From: Puniceicoccales bacterium
GTDB lineage: Bacteria > Verrucomicrobiota > Verrucomicrobiia > Opitutales > LL51
Length of the DNA stretch: 32,000 nucleotides
NCBI GenBank assembly: GCA_031283585.1
Contig: JAITBP010000007.1
Location: forward strand, 30,001-62,000
Direction: 5' to 3'
Shown here: piece after piece, positions 15,295 through 23,131 of the stretch
Numbering within the stretch: the first letter of the stretch is position 1
Layout of the letters: each line of letters starts with the position of its first letter
Notes under the pieces: model-generated
Told to the model about the DNA's origin: nothing
Seen by the model: only the letters and a program-made list of their open reading frames with translations
The model's database searches: none
Translations under genes and position numbers: made by a program

Positions 15295-15366
15295 CTCCAC
15301 CGGCCCTGAACCCTAAATTCGAACAGGGTTTTGTCGATAAAAAATTACTAAAGTCGACGTTCATTG

Positions 15367-17271
15367 TTATGACATAGGCCCTGGCGATGGAATTATATCT
15401 TCTACCAGGGCAATGACATCACTGACATTAACCCGGGATATGTCCACCACCGAAGCTGGATCATTGGATTTCTTTAAAATTTTTACCTGACCATCAAAAA
15501 TTGGGCCCGTGCGCAGAGGGTTTGTCGGGCCATAGATCACCAGCACCGGGCATCCGGCCATGTTTGCCAGGTGAATTCCGCCGGTATCGTTGCCGATGGC
15601 CAGGGAGCAGGTGGCCAGTAGCTCCAGACATTCTATCAGCGAAGTCTTTCCAGCTAAATCTGTTACCGCACTACATCCGGAAAAATTATCTTTTATTGAC
15701 CTGGTAATCTGCGCATCACCATCGGTGCCGATCAGCAAAATTTCATAGTCACAATGATTTTTTAACAATTCATCTATCAATTCGCACCATTTCCTAATCG
15801 GCCACCTTTTTTCCGGAAAATTTTCACTGCCACAGATCAACGCAATTTTTTTGGTTTTTGATCGATTATTTACCAATGGTGCCCTGGACACATGAGCGTT
15901 AAGTCCCATTGATTCGAAGAACTTTTGAATCACCAGCCGCTGATGAACGGATTCCGAATTCAGATCACTTGGCGGTTCCCAACACTCTGTTAGCAACGGC
16001 CGAATCCTGGGACGGTGGCCAATTCCAAAGATCCCTGGGCAGCCAATTATTCTCGCCTCCAGATCTCCGCGAAATGAATTTGTCAAAAGAATATAAAAAT
16101 CCGGAAATAATTTTCTATGGTGAAAAAATTTACAAAAATACCAATACCAAAAACCCTTCTCTGGCAATGGAATATAGCCATCGCCAACGGAAAGATGTTT
16201 CAACAATTCGCAGAACTGTTTTTTGGCAATTATTGTAAGATAAGCATCTCTGCGAGAACGAGATACAGCTTTTACTACCGGCAGGGCCATCAGCACATCG
16301 CCAAGCCAGTTAGGAAACCTGATAAAAATCCGAGTTTTCCTCTCCAGTAAAGGCAAATCATCGATCCGCTTGGCCGAAACGTGCAAAAAACCACCGCCAT
16401 CGTACTGGCTGCGCCACCGGTTATGCATCCAAAGCCAATCGGCACAAACCTCATCATCGGAGGCCAGGGTTTTCTCCAGCCAACGATTCATTGCAAAGGC
16501 CACCGGATTAGTACTATCAATTTGCAAATCAAGCTCTTGCAGACTACTTACAGCTTTCCACAATCCGGTCCTTCTGGGAAACAAAACGAAGACTCTGGCA
16601 TTGAATTTTCGGTGAAAAATATCCGGCAACCCGGTACTGGATGCAATTCTTCCAAAAAATGTGGTCAACAGACCATTTTTCCCTGCATTTTGGTCAAACA
16701 ACAGCCCAAGGATGCCGGCATTCCTGAGTATTTCCTTCGCCCGGAGCAACCCATTTTTTCTCGACAGCAGCCTGAAGCCAAACCTCTCTCTCCGATGTTT
16801 TATATAGGCTTCGACGTCCGGATTAGGAAAAGATCTGTACAGCACGCCGATTTTTGATGGATCCAGGCCAGGCAAATGCAGTGGTAAAGTTGTAACCGCC
16901 TCCAGGCATGAAAAATGCGGGACAAGTATTATGGTTGCCGCGTTTTTTTTTGAATAATTTTCGGCAAAATCCCTAACGGAAGAATCAATGGTAAAGCTCC
17001 TTTTTACCCTTTGCTCCGAAAACCACCGGCCGGCTATGGCCAGAAAGCCGAGCTCTATCATCCTGGCACAGCTAGTCTTAGCGATGTTTTTTTTCCAGGG
17101 AAAATTTTTATTAGGAAACGCATGGTCAAGGTTCGAGAGCAAAATCCTCCGCCGCCGATGGTAAAAATAGTAAACAAGCCGGCCACAAATCCAACAAACA
17201 AACGACACCAGCCATCCGGGCATTGCAGCCCCCAGGACTCCGACAAATCCTAATAAAAATCTGATTACCAT
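15367..17271 (-). CDS. Fusion protein: lipid A late acyltransferase (LpxL/HtrB-like) N-terminal half plus glycosyltransferase family 9 (heptosyltransferase-like) C-terminal half
   Basis: The N-terminal half (about 300 aa) has a TM anchor and an HX4E-type motif, VPHFSCLEAV. The C-terminal half has GT9 hallmarks RIFIRFPNWLGDVLMALPVVKAV and GNDTGGIHLANMAGCPVLVIYGPTNP. Its ATG overlaps the fabF TGA by 1 nt. Confidence 0.8.
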   Translation of the reverse strand: MVIRFLLGFVGVLGAAMPGWLVSFVCWICGRLVYYFYHRRRRILLSNLDHAFPNKNFPWKKNIAKTSCARMIELGFLAIAGRWFSEQRVKRSFTIDSSVRDFAENYSKKNAATIILVPHFSCLEAVTTLPLHLPGLDPSKIGVLYRSFPNPDVEAYIKHRRERFGFRLLSRKNGLLRAKEILRNAGILGLLFDQNAGKNGLLTTFFGRIASSTGLPDIFHRKFNARVFVLFPRRTGLWKAVSSLQELDLQIDSTNPVAFAMNRWLEKTLASDDEVCADWLWMHNRWRSQYDGGGFLHVSAKRIDDLPLLERKTRIFIRFPNWLGDVLMALPVVKAVSRSRRDAYLTIIAKKQFCELLKHLSVGDGYIPLPEKGFWYWYFCKFFHHRKLFPDFYILLTNSFRGDLEARIIGCPGIFGIGHRPRIRPLLTECWEPPSDLNSESVHQRLVIQKFFESMGLNAHVSRAPLVNNRSKTKKIALICGSENFPEKRWPIRKWCELIDELLKNHCDYEILLIGTDGDAQITRSIKDNFSGCSAVTDLAGKTSLIECLELLATCSLAIGNDTGGIHLANMAGCPVLVIYGPTNPLRTGPIFDGQVKILKKSNDPASVVDISRVNVSDVIALVEDIIPSPGPMS

Positions 17272-18542
17272 CAGCTGGAAAGTTTCTTGAACAGCAGCGC
17301 CACATTCTGACCACCAAACCCGGAATTTTCACTTATGGCCACATTTATCTCCTTACTAAGTGCTTTATTTGGAACATAGTTAAGATCGCATTCCGGATCT
17401 GGAAATTCATAGTTTATCGTCGGTGGAATCCTGCCTGTCTGAATTGCTTTTACGCATACAATGGCCTCCACGCCGCCGGTTGCACCAAGCAAATGGCCGG
17501 TCATGCTCTTGGTTGAGCTTATCGGGATATTATTTGCCCGGTCACCAAAAACAGACTTCAGCGCCACGGTCTCGTATTTATCGTTGTATTTGGTCGACGT
17601 CCCGTGGGCATTTATATAATCGATATCCTTTTTAGACACAGCAGCTTCACGCATCACGACCTCTAGACATTCGGCCAGTCCAGCACCGGCGGGATGTGGA
17701 GCGGTTACATGAAAAGCATCGCTGCTGCAGTGATAACCGGCCAGCTCGCAGTATATTTTTGCCCCACGATTTTTTGCATGATCCAAAGTCTCAAGAACCA
17801 ACATTCCTGCACCTTCACCCATCACAAACCCGTCTCTTTTGGCATCAAAAGGCCGACTGGCGCCGGTAGGGTTATCGTTAAACCCACTGCTCATGGCTTT
17901 CATCGAGCAAAACCCAGCAAAACCAAGGGCATTGAGGGCCGCCTCACTCCCTCCGGCAACCATAACATCGGCCTTGCCAAGTTTCATTATATTGTAAGCC
18001 TCTCCTATGGAATTAGCTCCGGAAGCACAGGCCGTCACCACCGATAGATTTGGTCCCATAAATCCCAGCTCTATGGCCACAACCCCCGAGGCCATATTGC
18101 ATATCAATGACGGTATCATAAACGGCGAAACCTTGTTATGACCCAGCTGGTGAAATTTTCCAGCCTGGACCTCTATGGTGGTCATCCCGCCGATACCAGA
18201 CCCGATCATCACGCCGGCCCTGGGTTTTTCATCCTCACCTAGAGATAATTTAGCGTCGTCCATTGCCCTGTGGGCAGCCGCAACGGCGAAATGCACAAAG
18301 CGATCATTTCTTTTAACATCCTTATGGTCCAGGTATTCATCCGGATTGAAGTCGACAATCTCTCCGCCGATTCGACAGGTGAACGGCGACGTATCGAAGG
18401 ATTCTATTGCTTTTATGCCACTACGCCCCTTCAGCAACGAATCCCAGAACGAATCGACGTTTACCCCAAGCGATGTAATTACACCTAAGCCTGTCACAAC
18501 CACTCGCACGTCATCAACAGACTTCGAACAACGTTCCAACAC
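17271..18542 (-). CDS. fabF: 3-oxoacyl-ACP synthase II
   Basis: Active-site Cys context VVTACASGANSIGEA, with His motifs INAHGTSTKYND and KSMTGHLLGATGG. The start is a GTG at 18542, 7 nt after the acpP stop. Confidence 0.95.
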   Translation of the reverse strand: MLERCSKSVDDVRVVVTGLGVITSLGVNVDSFWDSLLKGRSGIKAIESFDTSPFTCRIGGEIVDFNPDEYLDHKDVKRNDRFVHFAVAAAHRAMDDAKLSLGEDEKPRAGVMIGSGIGGMTTIEVQAGKFHQLGHNKVSPFMIPSLICNMASGVVAIELGFMGPNLSVVTACASGANSIGEAYNIMKLGKADVMVAGGSEAALNALGFAGFCSMKAMSSGFNDNPTGASRPFDAKRDGFVMGEGAGMLVLETLDHAKNRGAKIYCELAGYHCSSDAFHVTAPHPAGAGLAECLEVVMREAAVSKKDIDYINAHGTSTKYNDKYETVALKSVFGDRANNIPISSTKSMTGHLLGATGGVEAIVCVKAIQTGRIPPTINYEFPDPECDLNYVPNKALSKEINVAISENSGFGGQNVALLFKKLSS

Positions 18543-18549
18543 CTGAAAC

Positions 18550-18810
18550 CTACTCTGTGTTTAATCTACTTTCTATATAATTCACAACATCCTTAACAGT
18601 TTGTAACCCTTCAGCGTCAGATTCTGGAATTTCGCCCTGCAATTCTGTCTTAAACTCGTCTTCAAAAGCCATTATCAGCTCCACTGTATCTAGAGAATCT
18701 GCTCCAAGATCGTCAAGAAATGATGCCTGGGGGACGACTTTATCCTCGCTAACACCAAGCTGATTAATAATAATATTTTTAACCCGTTGCTCTACAGTCT
18801 CATCAGCCAT
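18550..18810 (-). CDS. acpP: Acyl carrier protein
   Basis: 86 aa, with the phosphopantetheine-attachment motif [19 protein letters not shown]. Confidence 0.95.
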   Translation of the reverse strand: MADETVEQRVKNIIINQLGVSEDKVVPQASFLDDLGADSLDTVELIMAFEDEFKTELQGEIPESDAEGLQTVKDVVNYIESRLNTE

Positions 18811-18992
18811 ATTTTTTTATTTTGTAATTAAAATTAAAATATTCGAATGAAACGAATAGCTAGGATAAAAATTTTTCAAGTCAAGCGACTTCTTGCTATA
18901 TATTATAAAACAAGAATGTATTCATAAAATTACGTAAAACAATTCAACTTTTCTTGACAAGAACTGCGCTATTCTAAGCCTACTGGCCATTC

Positions 18993-19077
18993 GCTCAGGT
19001 GGTGGAATTGGCAGACACGCTGTCTTCAGGCGGCAGTGCCGCAAGGCATAGGGGTTCGACTCCCCTCTTGAGCACCA
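18993..19077 (+). tRNA. tRNA-Leu (anticodon CAG), long variable arm, CCA encoded
   Basis: GCTCAGGTGGTGGAATTGGCAGACACGCTGTCTTCAGGCGGCAGTGCCGCAAGGCATAGGGGTTCGACTCCCCTCTTGAGCACCA. The anticodon stem is CTGTC/GGCAG with loop TTCAGGC. Length is 85 nt. Confidence 0.9.
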
Positions 19078-19096
19078 ATCATAGAAAAACGGAAAA

Positions 19097-19735
19097 ATGG
19101 AAAAACCAAAAGGCAATGAACTGATAGATGAAGTACTTCGTTCGGCGGATTTGAGCGACCGAGCCTGGATGTTTTTGAACAAATACAAAAAACAAATTAT
19201 CATTTGGACCACAGCATGTTGTGTGGTTTTGGCCACCCTAGGATTTTCTGTTGTTATATATAACAGCGAGATCGAGGCCATGCAAAATGCATTCACGAAA
19301 CTGGAAACCGATGAGCAAAAACTGGCATTTGCGAAAAAATACAAATCAAAACAACTTGGTGGAATTGTGTTTATGGAACTTGCCGACCGGGCCTATAGAG
19401 CCGGAGACTTTGAAACCGCTGCCGGAATGTACAATGATGCCCGGGTTAGTCTAGGAAAGTCAATACCAGGTGGAAGAGCTGAGATCGGATATTCCATGGC
19501 GTTGCTAAGGGCTGGCAAAACCGACCTGGCGAAGCAAAGTTTACTGAAACTATCTCAGGAATCTTCTATGCCACAGGGCGCTAAAGCAGAAGCTCTTATG
19601 CTGTTAGCAAGACTGTTTTGTAGCCATAACGATAGGAAAAACGCCAACGCGGTAATAGAACAGGTAGCGTCAGGAAATTTTAGTAAAAATTGGAAAACCC
19701 GAGCAAAAGACCTTCGCCGTGAAATGGAAATATAG
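19097..19735 (+). CDS. Membrane-anchored TPR-like protein (YfgM-like architecture)
   Basis: One N-terminal TM segment (IIIWTTACCVVLATLGFSVVIY) is followed by an all-helical TPR-like region (ADRAYRAGDFETAAGMYNDA; AEIGYSMALLRAGKTDLAKQSL; AEALMLLARLF). The call is by architecture only. Confidence 0.55.
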   Translation: MEKPKGNELIDEVLRSADLSDRAWMFLNKYKKQIIIWTTACCVVLATLGFSVVIYNSEIEAMQNAFTKLETDEQKLAFAKKYKSKQLGGIVFMELADRAYRAGDFETAAGMYNDARVSLGKSIPGGRAEIGYSMALLRAGKTDLAKQSLLKLSQESSMPQGAKAEALMLLARLFCSHNDRKNANAVIEQVASGNFSKNWKTRAKDLRREMEI

Positions 19736-19776
19736 CGGAACAGCGAAACAATGGAACAGAGAAGCGTTTAAAAAAT

Positions 19777-20886
19777 ATGAGCCCAGGCGCGAAGTTACAA
19801 TTTGCCGATTCTCAAAATAGTTCTAATATGTTGTATTGGAGCAAGATAGGTGTTCCTGACCCTTTCATTGCATTCGAAATCGAGGGTAAAAGAACCGCGG
19901 TGGTTAATCCACTGGAACTGGAAAATATGAGGCAAAATTCATCCTTCGATGAAATAATAAATATCGATGATATTTTAGGGTTAGGCAAAAATTGTGACCC
20001 GGCAAAAGTGATAAAAACCATCGGTGTCAGGTACGATGTGTCCAGTTGGTCTGTGCCCTATAATTTTCCGGTCGGCCTTTGGAAAAAACTCGAGGCCGAG
20101 GGTGTTAATCTGTCCATCTGTACCCGGGAGTGTTTCATCGAAGAACGTACTATAAAATCTTCCGCAGAAATCGATTACATAAAAGAAGCCTGTGAAATAA
20201 CGGCCGAAGGGTTGGCATTGGCCCAATCGATCATCGCCGACTCAACCATAGCCAGCGATGGTACACTGACATCCAGCGGCCACAGGTTGACATCGGACTA
20301 TGTAAGAAGAGAAATCGAAATAGGCTGTGCAAAAAACGGAGCTGTGGCTCAAAACACCATAGTCTCCTGTGGCAGGCATTCGGCCCAGCCACACAATGTG
20401 GGTAAGGGTCCTTTGCTGGCCAACGAATTCATAGTTGTTGACATATTTCCAAGGGTCAGGGCCACCGGTTACCATGGCGATATGACCAGGACATTTATCA
20501 AAGGAACACCGTCCGATTCCCAGGTCAACCTATACAATGCTGTTAAAAAATCTCAGGCCAGCAGCGTCGAAATGGTAAAGGCCGGTGTGCTAGGTAGCGA
20601 TATACATGCCAACAACCTGACCCTATTCTCCGAGCTTGGATTCAGCACGGATACCGCCACAGCAGAGGGATTTTTCCATGGCACCGGCCACGGTCTTGGC
20701 CTGGACATTCACGAATTCCCTGGTGTCGGAAATACAAAGACCGTCCTGCAAAATGGCATGGTCATAACCCTAGAACCGGGACTGTATTATAAAGATATAG
20801 GTGGCGTCAGGCTGGAAGATGTGGTAGTGGTCAGAGAAACCGGCTGCGAAATGCTGTCAAATTTTAACTATAATTGGGTGTTATAA
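19777..20886 (+). CDS. M24-family Xaa-Pro aminopeptidase/dipeptidase
   Basis: Pita-bread-fold metal-ligand motifs VVDIFPRVRATGYHGDMTRT, HGTGHGLGLDIHEFP, LEPGLY and VRLEDVV. Confidence 0.85.
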   Translation: MSPGAKLQFADSQNSSNMLYWSKIGVPDPFIAFEIEGKRTAVVNPLELENMRQNSSFDEIINIDDILGLGKNCDPAKVIKTIGVRYDVSSWSVPYNFPVGLWKKLEAEGVNLSICTRECFIEERTIKSSAEIDYIKEACEITAEGLALAQSIIADSTIASDGTLTSSGHRLTSDYVRREIEIGCAKNGAVAQNTIVSCGRHSAQPHNVGKGPLLANEFIVVDIFPRVRATGYHGDMTRTFIKGTPSDSQVNLYNAVKKSQASSVEMVKAGVLGSDIHANNLTLFSELGFSTDTATAEGFFHGTGHGLGLDIHEFPGVGNTKTVLQNGMVITLEPGLYYKDIGGVRLEDVVVVRETGCEMLSNFNYNWVL

Positions 20887-22316
20887 TGTCATTTTTCAAA
20901 AAAGATCCCAGACAAAACCTGATTTCTTCGATGAAATCCCTGCATGTGGTGGCTAAAAAGATATACAATTACCGTCGGGATTTGCTAGCAAATGACCAAC
21001 TGGAGATACTGAGAACCATAATAACCAACCTGTCTCGCATCAGGAAAAAGAGCGACAAAGAGCTTGATAATATTCAGATAGAATATAAGTCTGGATTGCC
21101 ATCACTTGTCAAAAATACATCCAAAAAAAAACAAGAAGATGACACAGAACATGATATCACCAATCCAAAACCCAGGTCGAACCCTACTTCTATCAAAGAA
21201 GCCATGCTATTAAAAAGAAAGAAAAGTAACGATGAACTCGATGATATCTATTTAAAATACCATGAAAAATTGCAGCTAATCGGTGGAGACATATTTCCCC
21301 AAGGCTTTCTGGCAGAAAATGCCGAGGTGATGATGTTCGCAGCTATCCTAGCTCTTGGAATCCGAACATTTTTTTTCCAACCATTTAAAATTCCAACGAA
21401 TTCCATGTTCCCGACCTATGCCGGCATGACCTTCGAATTGGCAGATAAAAAGTTAAGCAAAATTGAGCGACTCAAGAGGTTTATTACCCTGGGGGCAGTT
21501 AGGTACTCGATGAAAGCCAAATCCTCCGGGACCATATATATTCCGTTGATGGAGAGGTCAAAAAACAAAGCTCGCAACGAATACAACGGGCTAGTCAATT
21601 ACGATATAGTTGACACACGAAAATGGTTCGGCCTTCTGCCGACAAAAGTGCGCCAATACACTTTCATCGTAGGCGACAGTCCGACCTCTCTGACAGTTCC
21701 CCAGGATTTTTCCCTCGACGACGTTGTGCTAGAAGTGTTTTTTGGAAAAGGCGCTACGATTGATGATATCACATCCAGCGTTGGCAAAAGTGCCATCACC
21801 ACGATCAATGGGCATGTGTATCTAAGCACAGGCAGTACAAAGCGAGCCGGCGAAGATGTGTTGTCCTTCGACATATTGACCGGTGATATGTTGATAGTCA
21901 ACAAGTTCATATACAACTTTCGACTCCCAAAAGCCGGCGATCCGGTGATTTTTAAGACCGAAAAAATAAAAGATCTTGGCAGCAAATATTACATCAAGCG
22001 CCTGGTGGGCACGCCGGGTGATACGCTGAGCATCGATGGCACAACTCTTCTGCGAAACGGGATGGCGATATCAGGGTCTAGTGCCTTCAAAAACAATCAG
22101 TTAAAGCTAAACGGCTACCCGGGCTATGTCCCGAAAGGAAATCTGGCCAATGCCCGGGAAGTTATGATTCCACAGAAAAATTATTTTGTCCTGGGAGACA
22201 ACTCTCCAAACAGCCTGGATAGCCGATTCTGGGGCTTTGTACCGAACAAAGAAATCGTCGGCCGGGCAACCTTCATAATGTATCCGTTCACACACCGCTG
22301 GGGACCGGCCAAATGA
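20886..22316 (+). CDS. lepB: Signal peptidase I with a long N-terminal extension
   Basis: S26 boxes PTNSMFPTY (catalytic Ser), GDMLIVNKF, YIKRLVGTPGD (catalytic Lys) and GDNSPNSLDSRFWGFVP. The ATG at 20886 overlaps the upstream TAA by 1 nt. The ORF track starts at 20874. Confidence 0.85.
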   Translation: MSFFKKDPRQNLISSMKSLHVVAKKIYNYRRDLLANDQLEILRTIITNLSRIRKKSDKELDNIQIEYKSGLPSLVKNTSKKKQEDDTEHDITNPKPRSNPTSIKEAMLLKRKKSNDELDDIYLKYHEKLQLIGGDIFPQGFLAENAEVMMFAAILALGIRTFFFQPFKIPTNSMFPTYAGMTFELADKKLSKIERLKRFITLGAVRYSMKAKSSGTIYIPLMERSKNKARNEYNGLVNYDIVDTRKWFGLLPTKVRQYTFIVGDSPTSLTVPQDFSLDDVVLEVFFGKGATIDDITSSVGKSAITTINGHVYLSTGSTKRAGEDVLSFDILTGDMLIVNKFIYNFRLPKAGDPVIFKTEKIKDLGSKYYIKRLVGTPGDTLSIDGTTLLRNGMAISGSSAFKNNQLKLNGYPGYVPKGNLANAREVMIPQKNYFVLGDNSPNSLDSRFWGFVPNKEIVGRATFIMYPFTHRWGPAK

Positions 22317-23053
22317 CCAGGTGGTGTTGCCTATGTGCTTATGATGGAACAGGTTTTGATGGATGGCAAAGCCAACCAAATCAGAACACCATCCAGGATA
22401 GCATAGAGCGTAGGCTTTTCGATATTTTCAAAAAACCTGTCAGGGTGTTTGGCAGCGGCAGGACCGATGCCGGCGTCCATGCAAATAACCAAGTCTTTCA
22501 TTTCGATGCGGATTGGAATCATTGTCCAAAAAAGTTACTGCAGGCCATGGGCTCTGGAATCCCCAGGAGCATTCAAATAAAATCCGTCCAGGAAACCAAT
22601 AATGATTTCCATGCCCAATTCTCCGTCACAAAAAAAAGATATCTATATCATCTACGGGAAGGATTAGCTAACCCGTTCGAGTATAAATTCTTATGGGAAT
22701 TAAAAAACAGAAAACCTGATATCCAAAAAATGAATGAGCTAGGGCAGGAATTGATTGGCACCCATGATTTTGCGGCTTTCAGTGCCAAAAGAGGAGACGG
22801 CACAGCCGAATGTACCGTGAGAACAATATATTCGCTATCATTCAGGCGCACAGATAATTACCTAACATTTTTTACCGAAGCCAATGGATATTTATACAAA
22901 ATGGTCAGGACTCTGGTCGGAACAATGGTGGAAGTCGGGACTGGTGCACTGGCCAAAGATTATGTGCTGGAATGCTTTAGAACCAGACGACGGAAGGAAA
23001 AAATAGTAACTGCACCGCCCACCGGGTTATTTTTAGACAAAGTCTTTTATTAA
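22313..23053 (+). CDS. truA: tRNA pseudouridine(38-40) synthase
   Basis: Catalytic-Asp motif FGSGRTDAGVHANNQV. There is an ATGA start/stop overlap with lepB. Confidence 0.9.
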   Translation: MTRWCCLCAYDGTGFDGWQSQPNQNTIQDSIERRLFDIFKKPVRVFGSGRTDAGVHANNQVFHFDADWNHCPKKLLQAMGSGIPRSIQIKSVQETNNDFHAQFSVTKKRYLYHLREGLANPFEYKFLWELKNRKPDIQKMNELGQELIGTHDFAAFSAKRGDGTAECTVRTIYSLSFRRTDNYLTFFTEANGYLYKMVRTLVGTMVEVGTGALAKDYVLECFRTRRRKEKIVTAPPTGLFLDKVFY

Positions 23054-23131
23054 TAGCCTGGACCATTATACCGCGTGTTTTACTTGATTCCAGATAAAAA
23101 ATTTATCCAATTACCGAAACCGCAAGCATAT

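Noticed and set aside
15309-15330. Hairpin AACCCT-N10-AGGGTT between the lpxL/GT9 stop and tRNA-Leu(TAG).
   Set aside because: The T-tract follows it only on the plus strand, where nothing is transcribed towards it. On the operon (minus) strand it is followed by CAGGGCC, so it is not a convincing terminator.
15501-18546. Many ORFs of 60-160 aa on both strands inside the lpxL/GT9 and fabF genes (for example 16381-16857 and 18175-18546).
   Set aside because: They overlap genes that have strong family motifs. They have no motifs of their own, and off-frame ORFs are expected in the GC-richer part of the window.
18922-19344. 140-aa minus-strand ORF.
   Set aside because: It spans tRNA-Leu(CAG), where the segment SRGESNPYALRHCRLKTACLPIPPPE is a translated tRNA. 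It also overlaps the start of the TPR protein gene on the opposite strand.
8206-22637. Homopolymeric A tracts as possible phase-variation switches: A8 abutting the ATG of paralog C at 8206-8213, and A7 inside paralog B at about 7857-7863.
   Set aside because: Comparable runs occur inside housekeeping genes, such as A9 at 21124-21132 in lepB and A8 at 22630-22637 in truA. The tracts therefore reflect genome composition rather than a locus-specific switch.
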